A stretch of 26,413 nucleotides of DNA from Elusimicrobiota bacterium (lineage in GTDB: Bacteria > Elusimicrobiota > Endomicrobiia > CG1-02-37-114 > JAHJSO01): assembly GCA_043826435.1 (NCBI GenBank), contig JBDRQF010000006.1:1-26413 (forward strand), read 5' to 3'. Under the pieces are notes generated by a model. It worked only from the letters and a program-made list of their open reading frames with translations. It did no database searches and was not told the origin of the DNA. The translations under genes and the position numbers were made by a program. This document shows positions 26,281 through 26,413 of this stretch, one piece after another (position 1 is the first letter of the stretch; each line of letters starts with the position of its first letter).

Positions 26281-26337
26281 TTGACAAATCGCTTAAAAGT
26301 TCATAAAATATGAACTAATCGTTCACGAATTGTGAAC
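26281..26337 (+). promoter_or_regulatory. Promoter with two palindromic operators
   Basis: TTGACA-17 bp-TAAAAT; palindromes GTTCAT-N5-ATGAAC (26299-26315) and GTTCAC-N5-GTGAAC (26321-26337). Confidence 0.75.
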
Positions 26338-26357
26338 ACCTGTCAGGAGGTCCAAGA

Positions 26358-26413
26358 GTGAAAAACATTTTTACTACAAAAGAACGAATAAAAATCTTAA
26401 AAGCGGTTATCTT
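26358..26413 (+). CDS. 5' partial gene, possibly a winged-helix/nucleotidyltransferase protein
   Basis: AGGAGG RBS, GTG start, MKNIFTTKERIKILKAVI running off the window edge; resembles the first helix of ArsR-like wHTH domains. Confidence 0.45.
   Translation, partial: MKNIFTTKERIKILKAVI

Overview
Bacterial chromosomal segment, probably near the replication origin because it holds parA, parB and two parS palindromes. The left half is mostly minus-strand: a partial dcw cluster (murC-murB-ddl-ftsQ) behind queF, then a more AT-rich block (P2-type ATPase, pyk, glgP, zinc-ribbon protein, SPFH protein) lying between queF and queE. The right half is plus-strand: a UPF0016/TMEM165 transporter with a structured leader, sua5, parA-[MITE, RDD gene]-parB, rtcB and serS. 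It ends in an AT-rich accessory tail (DUF2284-like protein, IS3-like remnant, RelBE-type TA pair, zincin-like protein, ArfB-like release factor, start of a probable wHTH/nucleotidyltransferase gene). The most unusual signals are non-coding. (1) A ~95-bp intergenic element I do not recognise occurs in 3 full copies and 1 MITE-interrupted copy, all in one orientation. (2) The 3' ends of rtcB and sua5 are duplicated after their stop codons, and the copies differ from the genes mainly at synonymous positions. (3) Short tandem duplications are pervasive inside and between housekeeping genes. (4) There are candidate structured RNAs upstream of queE and of the UPF0016 gene. No tRNA, rRNA, CRISPR array or intact transposase/integrase was recognised. 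All calls come from motif recognition by eye; no searches were run.
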